DNA from: a virus
IMG/VR virus record: IMGVR_UViG_3300044859_002168
Span: 1-64,000 of that record
Strand: one strand, 5' to 3'
DNA length: 64,000 bases
Part shown: one piece after another, positions 61,872 to 64,000 of the stretch
Numbering within the stretch: the first letter of the stretch is position 1
How the letters are laid out: each line of letters begins with the position of its first letter
Notes under the pieces: model-generated
Told to the model about the DNA's origin: nothing
Database searches by the model: none
Seen by the model: the letters and a program-made list of their open reading frames with translations, nothing else
Position numbers and translations under genes: made by a program

Positions 61872-63686
61872 TTATTGAGTTTTTTGGTTGTATCCAACGA
61901 TATTCATCATTCTTGAAATCTGCTCATTCATAAGATTTGTTTTCTTATCTTCTTTAGATTCCAATTGTTTGAAAATCTTTTCGGATTTTTGAGAACCCTT
62001 TTTCAACTTCAAATCACCATCTTCAGTTGCTTCACCAGCTTGGTCTACAGGTTGAGGATATCTCTTATAAGATGCGTTCATTTGTTCTGCGCCATATACG
62101 TTATCCTTGAAGTTTTTATACATTTTTTCACCAAGTTCAGATGATACAACATTACCTAAGTCGTTACCGTCTTTATCTTTTGTTGCGTTTCCTGTTTTTG
62201 AAGAACCTTTCAAGTTAGCTTCAATCCACTCATCATTTGGTTTGATTTCATCATAAACCAAATTTGTTTGACCAGGGTAAGCAAACGCATCAATATACTC
62301 TTCAACAGCATCTGAAGGTTTGTAAGCCTTCTTGTCCATCTCTTTCATTTCACCGTTACCTTTTGGGAAATGTTTAGGTTCTGTGGTGTATCCTTCAACA
62401 TTACTATCTTTAGACCATTTTTCAAGTTTTTCCTTAGTCGCCTTTAAACTCTCTTGGTTTGTATTTTTGTTTTGTTTAGATACTTTCTTTAAGTCAGTTT
62501 GAGCAGCAATTTTGTTTTGTTCCATAACAAGTCTTTCAATTAATTCAATAACTTCAGATTCTGTCATTTGAACACTCTCGTGTTTAGCTCCCTTGAATCC
62601 TCCGATGTTTTTAGCAAAATTAGCCATCTTAACAACTTTACTGTCATCTGACTTCATTGCTTTATCAATACATTTTTTAGTAACTTCACCATCTTTATCC
62701 AAACCTTCTTTTTTACACCAATCACCGAATTTACCTGAAGTACCTTTCTTTTCCATTTTCTTGGTTGCTTTTTGAATGAACTTTTCTTCTTTCTTTTCTT
62801 CACCAATCCACATGTGTGACGCATACTCATCATCCTCAAATTCGTCAAAGTCATCATGTTTCTTCATATCAACCTTCATTTCTTCTTTATCTTTCTTTGG
62901 GAATAATCTCGTATTTCTTTTTAGAGCATCTTTAACAAATTTAGATAAGAAATCGTGGTCATCACTTTTCTCAGGGAAAACCTGACCTTCTTTAACTTCA
63001 TAAGTTTTACCGTCAACTTCAAAAGAGGATTTACCTTCTTCTTTAGCTTTTGCTAACGCTCCTGAAAATGCGTTACCTTCTTCAGTTTCTCCTTGTTCTT
63101 CCATTCTTTTTTTACGTAATTTCAATGGTCCCCATTTGTCACGATATGCGTTAAATATTCTTCTACCACTATCACTTTGGTCTCCACTTTGAAACCACCT
63201 TTGATTGCCAGCCTTTTCAGTAAATGAATCATAATCATCAAACTCTTCCTCGTCATAATCAAAATCAAAACCACCAGTGTACTCTCTATCCCTTTCATCA
63301 GTCCAATACTCTTTATCACCTCTGTTTTGACCTAAAAATTTACTTTCATTGAATTCTTTAGCAACTTTCTTTTCGTAATTGTATCCTACATTTTTAACCT
63401 TACCTACTTTTTTAGGACTGTCTGTTGAGAAATCTCCATAAGGTTCAACTTTTTCAATTTGGTCGTCACCCATAGTGTATTCTTTCATGTCTTTTTTAGT
63501 TCTTAATTTTTTGAAGTCAGCGGCGGTAATTTTACCTTTTGGCTCTGCAACATCAATTTTGTGTTGTTTACCATGTAACTTAGATTTTTTTTCAATCTCA
63601 GATACAAGATTGTCAACTTTTTTATTTAAAGTTTCATCAAGGACTTGTTTTACAACTTTATCCAAATATTTTTCAAATCTATCCAT
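61872..63686 (-). CDS. Charged modular protein, candidate prohead core/internal protein
   Basis: LHGKQHKIDV..GKITAADFKKLR; EEGNAFSGAL..FEVDGKTYEVKE; internal QMTESEVIELIE and terminal LMNEQISRMM leader-like motifs; TATTTATA at 63703. Confidence 0.55.
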   Translation of the reverse strand: MDRFEKYLDKVVKQVLDETLNKKVDNLVSEIEKKSKLHGKQHKIDVAEPKGKITAADFKKLRTKKDMKEYTMGDDQIEKVEPYGDFSTDSPKKVGKVKNVGYNYEKKVAKEFNESKFLGQNRGDKEYWTDERDREYTGGFDFDYDEEEFDDYDSFTEKAGNQRWFQSGDQSDSGRRIFNAYRDKWGPLKLRKKRMEEQGETEEGNAFSGALAKAKEEGKSSFEVDGKTYEVKEGQVFPEKSDDHDFLSKFVKDALKRNTRLFPKKDKEEMKVDMKKHDDFDEFEDDEYASHMWIGEEKKEEKFIQKATKKMEKKGTSGKFGDWCKKEGLDKDGEVTKKCIDKAMKSDDSKVVKMANFAKNIGGFKGAKHESVQMTESEVIELIERLVMEQNKIAAQTDLKKVSKQNKNTNQESLKATKEKLEKWSKDSNVEGYTTEPKHFPKGNGEMKEMDKKAYKPSDAVEEYIDAFAYPGQTNLVYDEIKPNDEWIEANLKGSSKTGNATKDKDGNDLGNVVSSELGEKMYKNFKDNVYGAEQMNASYKRYPQPVDQAGEATEDGDLKLKKGSQKSEKIFKQLESKEDKKTNLMNEQISRMMNIVGYNQKTQ

Positions 63687-63728
63687 AACGGTCGTTTTAA
63701 TCTATAAATATCTAAACTTATAGAATGA

Positions 63729-64000
63729 TTACTTTTTCTTCTTTTTAAAATGATTATAAAGAATCCTTTTTATTATTTGTTCTTCAACACCCAATCTTGT
63801 ACTCACATTTTTAATTGCCTCATCTAAAGATGACTTATTTTTGTAAACAACAGCACCAGCCCCTTGATTACAATATGGGAATGTTAAACACTTCTTTTTA
63901 ACTTGAGCGAACTTGCCACCTTTGTAAATTGGTTTTTTACCACCTCTCCAATTCTTATCGTTTTTAGCAACAAATGCCGGTGTGGAATATTGACCTGAAG
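63729..64000 (-). CDS. Partial CDS, C-terminus (..KKKCLTFPYCNQG..HFKKKKK)
   Basis: Manual translation; open from the window edge to TAA at 63729. Confidence 0.7.
   Translation of the reverse strand, partial: SGQYSTPAFVAKNDKNWRGGKKPIYKGGKFAQVKKKCLTFPYCNQGAGAVVYKNKSSLDEAIKNVSTRLGVEEQIIKRILYNHFKKKKK

Noticed and set aside
1-64000. Genome-wide stop-codon reassignment
   Set aside because: Code 11 gives dense full-length genes and TAG/TGA end ordinary genes; only one suspicious TAG was seen (40274)
1-64000. Bacterial chromosome or eukaryotic giant virus origin
   Set aside because: No housekeeping operons; Bacteroidota-type promoters, intrinsic terminators, S74 fibres and phage-typical small ORFs point to a bacteriophage, though no capsid or terminase gene lies in this window

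Overview
This 64-kb, AT-rich, gene-dense window looks like part of a large (jumbo/huge) tailed phage genome with a Bacteroidota host. The host call rests on many TTG/TTTG-N19-21-TAnnTTTG promoters, signal peptides followed by Gln, and a T9SS C-terminal domain. Most genes are on the minus strand. Contents: (1) DNA-modification genes (three MTases, a PvuII-like nuclease candidate, a DUF262 protein); (2) a secretion/surface cluster (CsgG-family lipoprotein and a shorter paralog, cohesin/dockerin T9SS cargo, second dockerin protein, beta-barrel protein); (3) glycosylation genes (GT2s, glf) and a 2OG-Fe(II) oxygenase; (4) three tandem ~1100-aa collagen-like fibres with S74 chaperone domains; (5) chaperone/redox genes; (6) a tRNA-fMet followed by an ~0.9-kb promoter- and terminator-bounded structured RNA (GOLLD-like); (7) a DIP1984/DUF6847-like gene followed by a stem-closed RNA with 7-nt periodic repeats. 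Many unrelated proteins share an (I/L)xE-containing N-terminal leader and an upstream TATTTAT motif, suggesting a late class of capsid-packaged proteins. Family names come from motif recognition by eye, not database searches.
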